From Paragordius varius (lineage: Eukaryota; Animalia; Nematomorpha), in NCBI GenBank assembly GCA_964247055.1, contig OZ176054.1:12214001-12278000 (forward strand): a DNA stretch of 64,000 nucleotides, in the 5' to 3' direction. The notes under the pieces are model-generated. The model saw nothing but the letters and a program-made list of their open reading frames with translations. It did no database searches and was not told the origin of the DNA. The translations under genes were made by a program, and so were the position numbers. This document shows, in pieces, positions 36,427 through 49,544 of the stretch (the stretch's first letter is position 1; every line of letters starts with the position of its first letter).

Positions 36427-38779
36427 TCTATATATTTATAAAAATGGAAAGTGGTGGGTTTGTGATCTGTTTCCGGAAAACCGGTCGACCCATTCAAATC
36501 CAAATTTCGAAAAAATATAATCATTAATGAATGCCCCGACAATAGCTTCGCTCTTTTTTTCAATTAAGCCCACAGTTCGGGCCCACCCCGTGTAAAAAAC
36601 GTTTTTTTTTAAAAAAGTCCACAAAAATCGTGTCGGCAATTTTCCGGAAAACGTGTTGAACCATTCGATTTCAAATATGATTTTTTTTACTTTTTTTCGA
36701 TTGCGCCGAACGTAGTCGGCTCGCATTTATAATTTAGGCCCTCTTTTTAATCGCCCCGTAAAATACCTTTTTTTTAAAAAAAAACCAAGTCCACAAAAAT
36801 AATTTTTTGAATCTATTTTTCGCCCAAGGTATGAGACCGTAAAAATTCAATAAGGATTCGAGGTATTTCCTTTTAAGGCAAAAATTTAAGTTGAGCTTTT
36901 TATATTGGCAGCCGGGTAAGGAGATACCCGCTAAAAACGTCATATTAAAATAACGTGCATTTGGGGCTAAATTTCAGAACTTATCGGGCCATATGAGTTC
37001 AATAGGTGCTTTAAAATATTACACGTAACAAGGCAAAAATTAAGGTTGCGCGGTTTTTTAAAATTAGCCGTTAATTAGTTCCACGCCCTGAAGAATGCGC
37101 CACCATAGAATGATTTTTTACTTGAAGAATTTTTTCCAAATACTAATGAGAGCATATGAAATCAATAATGATACCAGGTATTCTCCGAAAGTCAAAAAAT
37201 TTAATCAAGCGCTTTTTTATATCAACCACTGGGTAGGGAGCTACCCATCTAAAACTGCGCTACCATATCGAAATTGCGTTGTTTAGGAATTAATTTTTAG
37301 AAAACTTATCAGGCCATATGAGTTCAATAAGGGCTTGAAATATATCCGTAAAAGGCAAAAATTTAGTCGAGCGGTTTTTTAAATTGCGGTTAATTAGGCT
37401 CTTTACGCCCTAAAAAAATGCGCTATCATTGAACTATTGTTTTATTTTAAAGCCATTCTTCCTGGAATGAATGATGTTCCAAGTATTCCCTAAAGGCAAA
37501 TTTTTTTTCGAATTATAGTTGTATATTGGCCTCTGGATAGGGGGCTACACACCTACAACTGGCCCGCCATATCGTTACAGCCTGACTTTGGAGGCAAATT
37601 TTAAAAAACATATCAGACCATTTAAATTTAATAGGGGCCTAAACACCTAAAGGCAAAAATAAGTAGAGTAATTTTATTAAATTACCCCCTAATTAGGCCC
37701 TTGCCCTAAAAAATGCGCCACCATAGAATGACGTTTTTGAGGCAATTTTTCCGAAAATCCCACGATAGCATATGAAATCAATCATGACTCCAGGTATTAC
37801 CCGAATTTAGGCAAAAATTTTAATTGAGAGTTTTTTTTGCTTCGCCCAGGTTAGGGGGTTATCCGCGTAAAACTGCTTTACCATATTGATACAGCATGCA
37901 TTTGTTCAGAAAACCTATGAGACTAATAGGAACATATGGCATCCATAATAATTCCAGATTCCCCATATAAAGACAAAAAAATTTCCTAACGCTTTTTGTA
38001 TATCGGTCCCTGGGTTAGGAACTACCCGTCAAAAACTGCGCCACTATATAGAAATTGCGTTGTTTTGGAGCTAATTCACAGACAATTTATGAGCCATATG
38101 AGCTCATTAAAAGCTTGAAATATTACCCGTAACTAAGTAAAAAATAAGGTCAGGTTTTTTACAGCCCTTATGGGGCCTTTATGCCCTAAAAAAGGCCATA
38201 TAATAACAATATTTAGTGTTGAGGTATTTTTTCGAATAACCCATATGGTATCAAACATGATTCCAAATATCTGCCCTAAAAAGGCAAAGAATTTAACTCA
38301 ACGCTTTTCCATATAGGTCCATGGGTAGGGGTCTACCGGTTTAGAACTAAGACGCCATACAAAAGTGGCGTGGTTTTGGAGATGATTAAAAAAACTTAAA
38401 ATACATACGAGTTCAGTTAAACACATTTCTAGCGTGTATATCATTCTTTCCTTAAAAATGGACCAAAAATGAGTTAATTTTTATATCCCTTAGCTGTGTT
38501 AACACAATTTCAAAATAAACTTTTAACCATGATTTCGTAAAACAAAAATATTAAAATAAATCCACTAATATTTGAATATTAACTTTAATAAGACAGTTTA
38601 AATATGGTCAATTTTAAGTAAACAATATTTGAGCCTATGCAAAAACCCGTAAAAGAATAATTAAAAACTTTCTTATCAATGTTTTTTATTATTTTGTCAA
38701 TTACCTCTATTTATTGCAAATTATTAAGAATAATTATCGGTAAGACTACGTCACAGCGAAGCGTGACAGGGCCAACTAG
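36427..38779 (+). mobile_element. Non-autonomous Helitron with internal tandem array
   Basis: Inserted at A|T, with 5' TC, 3' hairpin GTCACAGCGAAGCGTGAC (38750-38767) and terminal CTAG. Homologous to 62716-63947. Confidence 0.88.
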
Positions 38780-38860
38780 TTTAAAATAAAAAATATTATT
38801 GAAATAAAAAATGAAAAAAAATGATTGTTTAAAGATATATAATTAATTATATTTAAGTTA

Positions 38861-41800
38861 ATGGATGATATTCATAAAATTTTGCACCAATGCACGTATG
38901 TCTCCAAAGAATATAATGAATTATTACATATGAAGGGTAATTTGATTAAATTGCATGATAATTTGAAAACCAAATTGGACGATATGCTACAAAAAGGTAT
39001 GATATGCTATTAATGTTAAAATTTATTATTATCAATTAAAGCAGTGGTTCCCAAAAGAGGGAAACGTAGAAAAATCTAGGGGGCGCGAAAAATTTGGAGA
39101 ATTTAATTAAATACCTAAAAACATATTAAAGGACAACGGGTGCGAAAAATCAAGATTTGTCACCTATGTGGAAAAAATATATCAAAAATGGAGAGATAAT
39201 AATCTCATTGATTGGGATTTTTATAATATAATTTTATAAGGTTGATTACCCAAGACGTGTTGATAGTCAGTTTTTGTAAATAAAAATCACTAGAAGTATA
39301 TGGTTAAAAGGGAACTGTTAATAGCAAAATAAGGAGTAAATATTGAATTTAAATAAAAATTACTCTAAATAATCATTAAACTTAGTGTTTTGATTTGCTA
39401 GGGAAAAGTCCCTAGCCATATTATATATATTATAGCACTCTACAACCATTTTATCTAGTAAAATGATAATACCATACTTAGCATTAATTTTTTAAAAAAT
39501 GTAGGGTCTTATGGATCGAATAAAAGTCATTACTAAGCTTTTTACAAAGATTATAAAGTCGCGGTTTGCATTATTATTATAATATATATACCCACCTTAT
39601 AAAGCTGATCATACATTTTAAAATAATTAGTTGTGAAACACAAAAAAGTTTTAGCTTCCAAACAATTTCATATATTTTTACACTAAGATTGAAAAAGGTC
39701 CATAGTGTTGGGAAATGTTTGACTTTGCAACAATATATACCATTTACAGTTCAAATTCACCCTCAAACAAATCAATTCACCCTAAAAATAAATTATGTGC
39801 TTTCGAGCTAATATAACCCATTCTTTATGGCATAGTTTATTATTTTTTCAGTACTATTTTAATTTAAAATAAAATTTTTATTTTTTAAAATATATAAAAA
39901 TATAGGTAGTTTTTAATCTTAAAAAATATATATCATGTTTGAGGAAAATTTGATTTGTTCGAGGGTGAATTTAAATTGTTCAAGGGTGAATATGAATAGT
40001 AAATGGTATATTACCAACCTTAGGCAATTGATTAAAAATATATATATTTGAAACTAACCCTTTTTTAGAAATGAACGTGTTAGCACCCAAATTAAATGAT
40101 GCTGATGAACAATTGATATATGAACTCTTAAATAAATCAAGCAGTGAAGAAGGATTGATAGCTATAAAACAAAAGGTAATATTAAATACCGCAACAATGT
40201 CAAATTATATTGTTGAATGTTCATTTTAAAAATAATCCAGTGTGCATTTTATGGGTTATGAGACTTTTTTTTAAAGTGAACTATGGATGAAAAGAATTGA
40301 GGGCACAATATGAAAGAAATGAAATGCGTTAATAAAGCGTTTTTGGCTATTAACTAAGCATAAATATGTGATATTTAATATATTAAAAAGGTTCAATACC
40401 CGTAGGCTATACATTATAAAATTGTATGGTGAAAAGAGTTGGGATCATTTTTTGTTTTAAGGCTTATAATTTCAAAAAAAATCTCTAAAATTTTAATTAG
40501 ATAATACTTAACATTTAAATACAACACATTCATTTCAGTCCTTTTCGATTCAAACTGTGGTAGTTGGATACCCTTGGCCTGTTTAAAATTAAATACTTCA
40601 AGAAATATGAAAAGAATACATGGCAAAGCACATAACATTAATAATGAACCAAAATATAAAAAAAATTCATTTGAAATACTTGGTATAATTTTAAGTTAAA
40701 ACCCTTAGGTAAGAATTTATTTAATTGAACAAGAGTGCGTTAGCTAAATATAAAAATATTACAAGAAACACCACTTTTTCTGTTTCTATTAATGTTAGAT
40801 GTGATTTATATAAAAAATTAGCTTTAATTTTAGTTTAAAAATTAAATAAACACAATATTTTGCAAATCAAAATGGCGTCAAAGTGAAATGGATTATTTTC
40901 TTCAAAACTATATTTTATTTGATAATTTCGGCTTATTTATATTATTTTTATATTAACTTAATCTGGGGTATTTAGATGAATTTGAATCGAGTGTTAATAC
41001 CGAAATGCAAATAGATACAATTTTATACATAACACCTTCGAACATTTTAAACCAGTGGTACTCAAACCGCGGGCCGCGGGCCGCATGCGGCCCTAAGAGT
41101 GCTTTAAAATTGCCTTATGACCATATTGATAATTAAATTATTTTTTTATTGATAAATATTTAAAATACACATAAACGAATTTTAGCTTATTTTAATATTA
41201 ATTTATTTTCTTTAGATTTAATTTGATAATTTTTATTTTTTACCCAATTCGAAATATAAAAAATCTCCCTACATCAAAATGATTTCAAATTTTGGCACAC
41301 GTTGTTTCTGTTTCTGTATTCTATTTTCTTTTCTATTTTGAAATTTTTATTGCATTCCTTTTTCGTAGTTACACAAGCTTTTCACCCAAACTTGCATATA
41401 CATCTTCTTTTCATTGCTATCCTGCATCATTTTCATAACTCATTCCCATTAAAGTTCAACATCATTAAATTTCGACCAGTTTTTTTATAGCATAATTTAA
41501 AATATATTTCTATTTTTTTGGTAAAAATTTACATAATATGCAAACATGGGATGACATCTAATGCTAAAAAACGTAAATAATCTGATAAAAAATCGCTCTG
41601 TTGTTTTAAATAAAAATGTTGTTACCTGCCTTATATGTAAGAAATAAATATAAAAAAATTGAAAGACATTTTACATCCATCATGATTCTACCAGAAAATC
41701 ATGGGGATATAAAAGAAAAATATTAAAAAAGGATAATTATACCAGAAAGAAAAATCTATGTCCATAGCTTTCCATTAGCTTCATATGAAATTTGCTATAT

Positions 41801-43516
41801 TTTAGGAAATAATATGAAACCGTTTACTGATTCCCAACTAATAAAATAACTAATAAAATGTAGCACTTTTTTATTTGAAAACCATGATGAAGATCAAATC
41901 ATGAGGCGCCTCGACGCATTAAAGATATGTCTAATATATTTTTAATTAGCAATACATTATTGGCTCTGAAAAACTGCAAACATTTTATTGCTATTGATTC
42001 TAGCACTAATATTAGTTCAACTCCTCAATGTGAGCTCTTCGTGAGATTTTGCAATGCAACATAATCAACGAGGAATATTTAAATTTTTTATCAAAAAATA
42101 TTACCACGGGATGTGATTTTCTTGAAATAATTAACACTTTTTTCGATAATAATGGTATATCTATAAAAAATTGGTTTTGCTCTGCACAGATGGCTGTCCC
42201 TCTATGATTCGAATAAAAAAAGGATTTATTCCTCTTTTGATAAACAAATATAATTTGTAAAAGATGAATCCTCAAAGTAATTAAAACGGTTGTTGATATA
42301 GTTAACATCCGTGGCAGAGAATTCAACCGCAGTAAATTCTAAAACTTTATGAAAGATCTCCACAGTGAGTTTGATGATATTCTTTTGTACACTGCCGTGA
42401 AATAGCTAAGGCTTACAAAACTATTAGACACATTTTTTTTCTTTTAAGGCATGATATCCTATTTTTTAAAAAGATAACAGAAAGTTGGATGAGAATAGTG
42501 TCAAATGGTGTGTTTTATTAGCCTACCTTTGCGACATTACTTATAAACTTAGTATTTTTAATATGGCTCTTCAAGGGAGCAAAATATATACCCAATTCGC
42601 TAATCAAATTTTTGGTTTTGAAGAAAAATTAATAATATAAAAACAAGATTTTATAAATAAAACACTCCTATATTTTCTAACACTTAAAACGATTAATGAA
42701 GAAAATATAGAATTTAACGGAGAGATTAATTTACAAATGACAATTTGGAGGCTACGTTCAAGGAGAATCGTAGAGAGGAGAGTATCTAGAGTTTTGGCAA
42801 GATGCGCCAAATAAAATAAAAAAAATGTGCTCAAGTTATCCTAACCGTTTTTTCCTCAACTTATACGTGTGAGAAATATTCAAAAACGAAGTATGTCATA
42901 TACATACAGAAATCGCTTAACCGATGATCATATGGACGACGTATTAAGATTGGCCTATCATGAGGCGAAACCAAATTCGTCGAAAATTATTGGTTAATAT
43001 CTATATAAATGTTGTTATCAAAATATTTTAATTTAAATGGTGCAAACAAGTTTTTAGCTGAATTTCCATGCGATCCGAAAAAAATTCATTGTGTTGATTT
43101 AGACTTAGAGTTTAAATATGTGCATATGTGTCAAATAGCTATGGAATATTTGCCATTATAAGGTTGATGGCCCTCTAAAAAAATATGTTTTATTTGGCCC
43201 GTCAAATTTTTTTGGTACCACTGCTTTAGAGTGTCCCAAATCGGTCGCACTTTTTACTTATTTTATATTACACGTTTTTCAATAAATTTTCCATATATTT
43301 TAAATTATTTACGTGTGGAAAATGGAAATTTTAAAATAAATAAAACAGATTGAATCGATGCTGGAAAACAATACGAAACAAAACGAGATACCAGTAAAAA
43401 ATTTATTTGGCAATGTTGCAGTACAACATAAGAATAAATTACAATGCAAAAGTAATAAACGAACAAAAGGTTCCTCAAGATTCAGGTCCATCACCCCCAG
43501 GAATCAACTATGTTAA
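38861..43516 (+). CDS. Unidentified small, probably helical/coiled-coil protein (136 aa). Exons 38861-38996, 40069-40175, 43349-43516
   Basis: Three stop-free islands with good GT/AG sites join in frame (MDDIHKILHQ...DMLQK-EMNVLAPKL...IKQK-IESMLEN...RNQLC*). I do not recognise a family. Confidence 0.55.
39042..39317. mobile_element. Possible small hAT-derived MITE
   Basis: Left end CAGTGGTTCCCAA is typical of hAT/Charlie TIRs. Right end gggaactg is degenerate and there is no clear TSD. Confidence 0.4.
39740..40006. mobile_element. MITE family A copy
   Basis: Intact TIRs TA-CCATTTAC...GTAAATGG-TA. Confidence 0.9.
41053..43223 (+). mobile_element. Decayed hAT DNA transposon (Buster/SPIN, GTF2IRD2-like transposase pseudogene)
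   Basis: Terminal inverted repeats CAGTGGTAC...GTACCACTG. Broken transposase motifs CLIC, ASYEI.YIL...MKPFTD, SLAL..IDSSTN, LLYTAV and STYTCE. Flanks ttttaaac/ctttagag only partly match as an 8-bp TSD. Confidence 0.85.
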
Positions 43517-43938
43517 TATATTGAATAAAATAAATATAAGAATATTTACATAAGATATATCCATAAACTTCAATATATGTGGTAAATTTAATGTCCCTTT
43601 ACTATTTACACAATTAATTGTTATCTTGAAATTAATTGCAGCGCATAAAGGTTTAATTATTACCATAAAAATAATAGAAAAATATACCATTGCAATATGA
43701 TTTCCATTTAACAAAATTTGATCTAGTTTGGATACTCTACGACCTTCGGGAGTATTTTCATACTCTGTTACATCATTTAAAACCATGTCTAATATAATAA
43801 ATAAATCCATAACTAACTTACAAAATCGTCAAATCCTAAAAGCGTTCCTGTAAGTTCCCTTTCTGTTTTCATAATAATATGTATTCTTGATCCAATACAT
43901 TTATCAATCAACTCAAGTGGTAAGAGCTGTGCGGACAT
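43475..43938 (-). CDS. LSM5: U6 snRNA-associated Sm-like protein LSm5. Exons 43938-43818, 43788-43688, 43507-43475 (84 aa)
   Basis: [20 protein letters not shown]...[42 protein letters not shown] closely matches LSm5. Confidence 0.97.
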
Positions 43939-44003
43939 GCTATTCGATGGGGTCGGTAATTAACTACAAAAAAAATTTACATCTGACTCAAATCAATAAT
44001 TGC
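43939..44003. promoter_or_regulatory. Inferred bidirectional promoter region LSM5/TAF13 (65 nt)
   Basis: Inferred only from the divergent start codons. Confidence 0.55.
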
Positions 44004-44406
44004 ATGTCAGGTATTATTTAATTTTAATTTAGCTTTATCAGAAAGCGCTATAACTTCACAGGAATCGGACGCTGAAAAAAAACATTATTTTATTAAAGAA
44101 CTCAAGTGTATGCTATACGGGTTTGGAGACGATCAAAATCCATATACAGAAACTGCTGAAGCTTTAGAAGATATTGTAATCAAATTTATCACCGAACTAG
44201 TTTTATTAGTTGTATAACTTATTTAGATACTTTCAGCAAAAGATTTGTGTAAAAACAGTGGCAATAAAATTCAAGTAGAGGATATAATATTTTTGATTCG
44301 AAAAGATCCAAGGAAGTTTGCTCGCGTTAAGGATTTATTAACCATAAATGAAGAGTTGCGAAGGGCACGTAAAGCCTTTGATGAAGCCAAATTTGAATAT
44401 AAATAA
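44004..44406 (+). CDS. TAF13: TFIID subunit TAF13. Exons 44004-44010, 44033-44199, 44227-44406 (117 aa)
   Basis: KELKCMLYGFGDDQNPYTET..LEDIVI.FITE, QVEDIIFLIRKDPRKFARVKDLLTINEELRRARKAFDE. The first micro-exon is inferred. Confidence 0.95.
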
Positions 44407-44424
44407 CGCGTACATTTGTGTAAA

Positions 44425-45546
44425 ATGTTGAAATACTTGAAATTTTATAATTGTTTTACATTCTATAAAACTTTTCATTGTTGGAAATGTGGGCAACACA
44501 ATTCCCAAACATCAATACCGCATCTATATCAATGTGCATCGTGTAAAAGTCTACAGCCCATCGCGAACAATCAAAACTTTTTTGAAATTTTTAAACTACC
44601 CTTTGCGTATGACATAAATACCTCCGATTTAACTCGTAAAGTACGTCTACTTCAAGCCTTAACTCACCCCGATAAATATTCTAAAGTAGTAACATCACCC
44701 GATCGTGAATTAGAAATTGCAAACGAAAATTCTTCACTCATAAATAAAGCCGCTAAAATTTTAGGTGATCCATTACAACGCGCAAAATATCTACTAAAAT
44801 TACATGGACGGGAAATTGGAGAAGATGATAAACATGGCGTTCTTGAGGAAAGCTTTTTAAACGAAATTTTAGATGTAAGAAGCATTTTAAAAGCGTATTT
44901 TTTAATTTGGGCCAATATCATCGGTTTTTTAAGTGGATTTTAAAGGGCTCTATAATAGCTATCCTAACTCTATTTTAAACAAAAATTCTGTTTAACCCCA
45001 TTTTAACAATTAAGATCTGAGTAGCATATTAAATAGCATAGCTCTTACCTAATATTGAATTAACATCATGCTAGCTGTATATTTCAATATCAAAATAAAA
45101 ATATTTTATTAATGTAAAAATACACGGTTTTATCATAATCGCATGTTTAATTCGAAAACTAATTTTAAATGTAAAATTATTTTTTGTTCTAAGAGTTTAC
45201 ATGTTTGCTGTTTTTTAATATTTATTATGTTTAAATAGACAAAAATTTTAGCTCTTAATTTATTAATATAAACTAACCCATATTTGACTTAATTATATTT
45301 TAAAATATTTAATTTATTATTGTCCAGATTAATCAAAGATTAGTTGAAATTGATGATGATAAAATGGCATTAGATCAATTAGATAAAGAAAATAATGGAA
45401 AAATCACAGCATTAATTAAAGAACTATGCAAAAATTTTGCTGAAAATAATCTCGATGCTGCCTACTTGAACACACAAAGACTAACCTATTATCAAAACGT
45501 TAAACAAAAAATATTTGAATTACATTACCATTTACTTAAAAATTAA
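44425..45546 (+). CDS. HSCB: Fe-S cluster co-chaperone HscB/Hsc20. Exons 44425-44874, 45328-45546 (222 aa)
   Basis: CWKC...CASC metal-binding motif, J-domain with HPDKYS, INKAAKIL.DPLQRAKYLLKL, and C-terminal helices ending RLTYYQNV. Confidence 0.95.
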
Positions 45547-45703
45547 ATATTTATATATATGATTTCGATAAAAAATTGCATATTTTTACTTACCCATCCT
45601 ATGAATTATTTGCTTCATTATAATTTTTCGAAGTTATATAATAAAGAACCTATATATTGTCAAATTATGAATGACAGTTATCGAAAAAAGAAATTATCAT
45701 ATA

Positions 45704-45983
45704 TACAGTAAAAATTTAAATTATACGGACAAAACTTTAAAATATAAATTCATTTTTTTTAAAATCATACCTTTTTAAACCCTATTTTATCCTAAAAAAT
45801 CATTTTATTACAATTGGGAAATACATCATTGATCGAATTAGCAATTATTGTTTTTATTTTGTAGTTTAAAACAATTAGTTATCATTGAAAAAATAAAAAT
45901 TTAAAAAGTGTGGTTGTCTTTTAAAAAATAATATTTCTCTTAATATTTATACGTTTTGTCCTTATAATTTCAATTTTTACTGT
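45704..45983. mobile_element. Tc1/mariner-type MITE (relative at ~35630-35800)
   Basis: TA-CAGTAAAAATTTAAATTATACGGACAAAAC ... GTTTTGTCCTTATAATTTCAATTTTTACTG-TA. Confidence 0.75.
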
Positions 45984-46410
45984 AAATATCACAGATTTAT
46001 ATTTTGGTGTATGTTTTTTTTATTTTTTCAATCATTTAGGGTAAAAGATACATGTGAAATTCGTTAATTAATTTTTGATTCAAATTAGTATCCTTGTAAT
46101 TCAGATATGTAGCATTTTTGCATGCCATAACTAACCGGCGGGAAATTGCAGGTTGGAAATCAGTTCATGCACTTTGGAGTTATAATTGCAGATTTTGAAA
46201 AATAATTTAAGTTTTAAAATGGTTTTTAAAATTATGCTTTTTTGCCCAATCTTAATATTTAGCATTGGCTTTTCAAATATATGACAGCGTAGCAAGTAGA
46301 GTGATCAATACTTTATTCAAGAAATGTAATTAAATTTAATAATGGGTCTCTGAGAAAAAATTCGAATTATTAATTTTTTAATTATCTTTATATTATTTTA
46401 TTTAAATATA

Positions 46411-46443
<33 letters not shown>

Positions 46444-46884
46444 TGTATTTTAATCATTTATGCACTGATTAATATAAATATTTAACATAATAACTTAAAA
46501 TAGATGGCATTTATACATTTATAAATGTATATTATAAGAAAAAATTATATGAACACTCTGTATCAGATATCTTATACGAAAAATTTAATGAAAAATTATT
46601 ATATTATATATATTTTATCAAAAAATCCCATTAATACTTATATTATTAATTAATTATTGTAGTGAAACCAACACCGGTCTGACTGCATTTCACGGTCAAT
46701 CAGTCAATGAATGCATTTATAATTTTTAAAAATTTGTACTAAAAACTAACAATTTGCACAATAATAGACAACAATTTTCACGTTTTCTAAAAATGCCATT
46801 CTTGTGAAAAAAAATTTTTTATTTTAATATATAAATAATATGTCTGAAAAAAAATTTGTCTAACATCTATGGGTTATTTTTTAT

Positions 46885-47115
46885 TATTAGGGTGTATCGA
46901 AATTTTTTGCCCCAATTTAACATTAAGCTCGAAATTTTTAAAATGAAAAGTTTCAATAAAGTCACCATGTATTTTATATCAGTCGAGAGAGCGCAAAGAC
47001 TGAATCTTTCGAATGGTAATTAGTATTTAAATCAATCTGACATAAAAGTTATTTGGCTTTATATGGTTAAAATTTTTAACCCTTAAAAACATCGCAAATC
47101 ACAGACAACCTCTCA
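46885..47115 (+). repeat. Dispersed repeat, second copy at ~61110-61325
   Basis: Shared ccatgtattttatatca..tcga.agagc.c.aa..actg.atcttt.gaatggta and ttatatggt.aaaattt..aaccctta. Confidence 0.7.
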
Positions 47116-47639
47116 ATTTAAATCGCAATGAGAAAAGCTGAAGAATTTTAGTTATTATAAATTTTATTAGTATCCCTTGTTTTGAGGAAATCATGCTTTA
47201 TTTTTATAATTTTGACAATTTATCATAGCCAAGGGGATCATTTCTTATTACAAAACTCATCTACCTAAGGAATTTATAAGTAAAGATATGAAAATGTAAT
47301 GAAAAGTAAAAAAAATCATTTGCATATGTTTACTTTTTTATAATACGCCTTATTTCTCAAGCTAGTCATGGATATATTTCGATAAATCCAAGAATAATAT
47401 ATTTTTTACGATCTTCCATATTGTTGTTTTTATGAAAGTTAATGAAATTTTTAGTTTGTGTTAATTTCATCACGAGTAATATTACACTAGGTCCAAAACC
47501 GAGGGCTACAAAAAAATACCTGAAAATATATGTATAATCTGGGAAAATGTATGATATCATTGTGCTTTTGGTTTTGGGCCTTACGAGTAATTTAAAAAAG
47601 TATTTACAGTTTGATGGTTATAAATTTTGTTGAAACGTA

Positions 47640-47935
47640 CTTCATCCTATTTTTAGTCACGATGGAAACGGTTTAAAAACACTTTTTCTATAAACATTAA
47701 TGATGCTACATTTATATCACCTCAGAATTTTCATTAAAATATTCGTGCATATTCAAATTCTTATTAAATAAATTTGATTTTAAAAATTTACCTAAATTTT
47801 ATGCAAACGAACCTTATTAAGTTTCTGAAACGAAAATGTTTATCATCATTGAATTATATAGGAAAAGTAATTTTCTAATATCTTAAAGCGTTTTTAAACC
47901 GTTCCCATCATGATTCAAAATATAATGTAAACTTC
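47640..47935. mobile_element. MITE-like inverted repeat element
   Basis: agtcacgatggaaacggtttaaaaacac versus gcgtttttaaaccgttcccatcatgatt. Confidence 0.55.
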
Positions 47936-48339
47936 AATAAAATGCTAAAAAGTATTTAAAAAAGTGGGCATTTTTTAAATTTTATTTAGTTAATATCAAA
48001 AAGCATATATTTAATTTTTTTATCGCGCAATTCCGGCATTTCTGTGTTTTTTAAGAGGAAAAGCCCATTTTAAAGAGCGACAAAATGCTCTCGAAGCCCA
48101 CATCTAAAAATTAATTTTTTTGAAAACACATTGTTTTGCTCTTTATATGTTTATGATATTATATATATATATATATATATATCTCGTGCTGCTACGCAGC
48201 CCGAGGAAGTCCTTCAGACTTCTAGGGAGGGGGGGAGTATTTGAAACAAGGGACAATAAAATGATCCACATATGTGGATTTTTCGAAAATAATAGCTGTG
48301 ATATCATAGGAATTTTAAAACAGTGCATTCATACTAATA

Positions 48340-48755
48340 TATTGTTTACTTGGGGGGAAAAATAGATTCAAAAAATTATTTTGTGGATTTTGTTTTTTGA
48401 AAAAAATGGCATTTTACGGGGGGAGCGGGTAAAAAGAGGGCTAAATTAAAAAAGCGAGACGACTATGTTCGACGCAATCGAAAATAAAACAAAACATATT
48501 TGAAATTGAATGGTCCAACACGTTCTCCGGAAAATTGACTCAAAAACACAATTTTTGTGGACTTGTGTTTTCAAAAAAAACAATTTTTCACACGGGGTGG
48601 GCCCGATCTGGAGGCCTATTTCAAAAAAATGGCGAAGCTATTGTCGGGGCATTCATTAATGATTATATTTTTTTCGATATTTGGATTTGAATGGGTCTAC
48701 CGGTTTTCCGGAAACAGATCACAAAGCCAGCACTTTCCATTTTTATAAATATATA
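48340..48755 (-). mobile_element. 5' fragment of the same Helitron family
   Basis: Aligns by eye with 36430-36850 (reverse) and 63580-63945 (ccggttttccggaaacagatc...ttccatttttataaat). Confidence 0.8.
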
Positions 48756-49544
48756 AATTTTAGTGTCAAAAAATTTATTTAAAAGTGTGGAATTTTTGGC
48801 ATGTTCTGATATGCAACACTTACTAAGGTGTAAATAATTTTCTTATATCACAAGCACCATAATAATCATGATATATTTTCCTATCAGAATATATATTTCA
48901 TCGGGTTATTTTTTATAGACCGAGTGTGCTCATAAAATGCCACACAATAATATTTTATAAAATTTTAAATTACAGATGTGGGTTACACGTTTTCCTATCA
49001 GAATATATATATCATCGAATAACTTTTATATGGACATTTCCCTCATATATTCTTCCAAATTATTATTGATTCAATTAACTATATAAAATATAAAACAGAC
49101 AACATGCGTCACCTATTACTCGGCGTTAGACCCGGGCGAAAACTAATATTAATATTTCCCTTAAATTATTAAGTATTCATGTCTTAACTTACTCAAAAAA
49201 ATATCCTATGCTTTTTCATAAAAACATCTTGATAATTGATTATTTATTCAACATGCTTTATTGTAATATCGGTTACTATGGTAAAAATTAATTTATAAAA
49301 TTGGGCCAATTAGGGCAAAAACGCAATCCGCGATTATAATAAATATTAAAATAAAAATAAATGATTTAACATATTTATTGATTCAATGAAATATAAAAAA
49401 TATGGTGCAAACACATTACCCTAACATACAAAATACATATAAAAAACTACATCATAATTGCAAAATTTTATTGTTCGCAAATTATAATCAATGAATCAAT
49501 CATAGAGAATGAAGTTGGGTAAAGTGTTGCCCAGTTTTGTTTTT

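Noticed and set aside
36436-37286. ORFs in the Helitron copies (also 48557-48748) as captured genes or Rep/helicase
   Set aside because: No Rep or helicase motifs, and frames are not preserved between copies.
44200-44226. Stop-codon reassignment or readthrough (in-frame TAA in TAF13, TAG in NDUFA5)
   Set aside because: Both lie within GT-AG segments whose removal restores ungapped homology. Genes end normally in TAA, TAG and TGA.
49110-49146. Another Helitron 3' end (cccgggcgaaaacta)
   Set aside because: The terminal CTAG is not intact and no matching 5' end could be defined.
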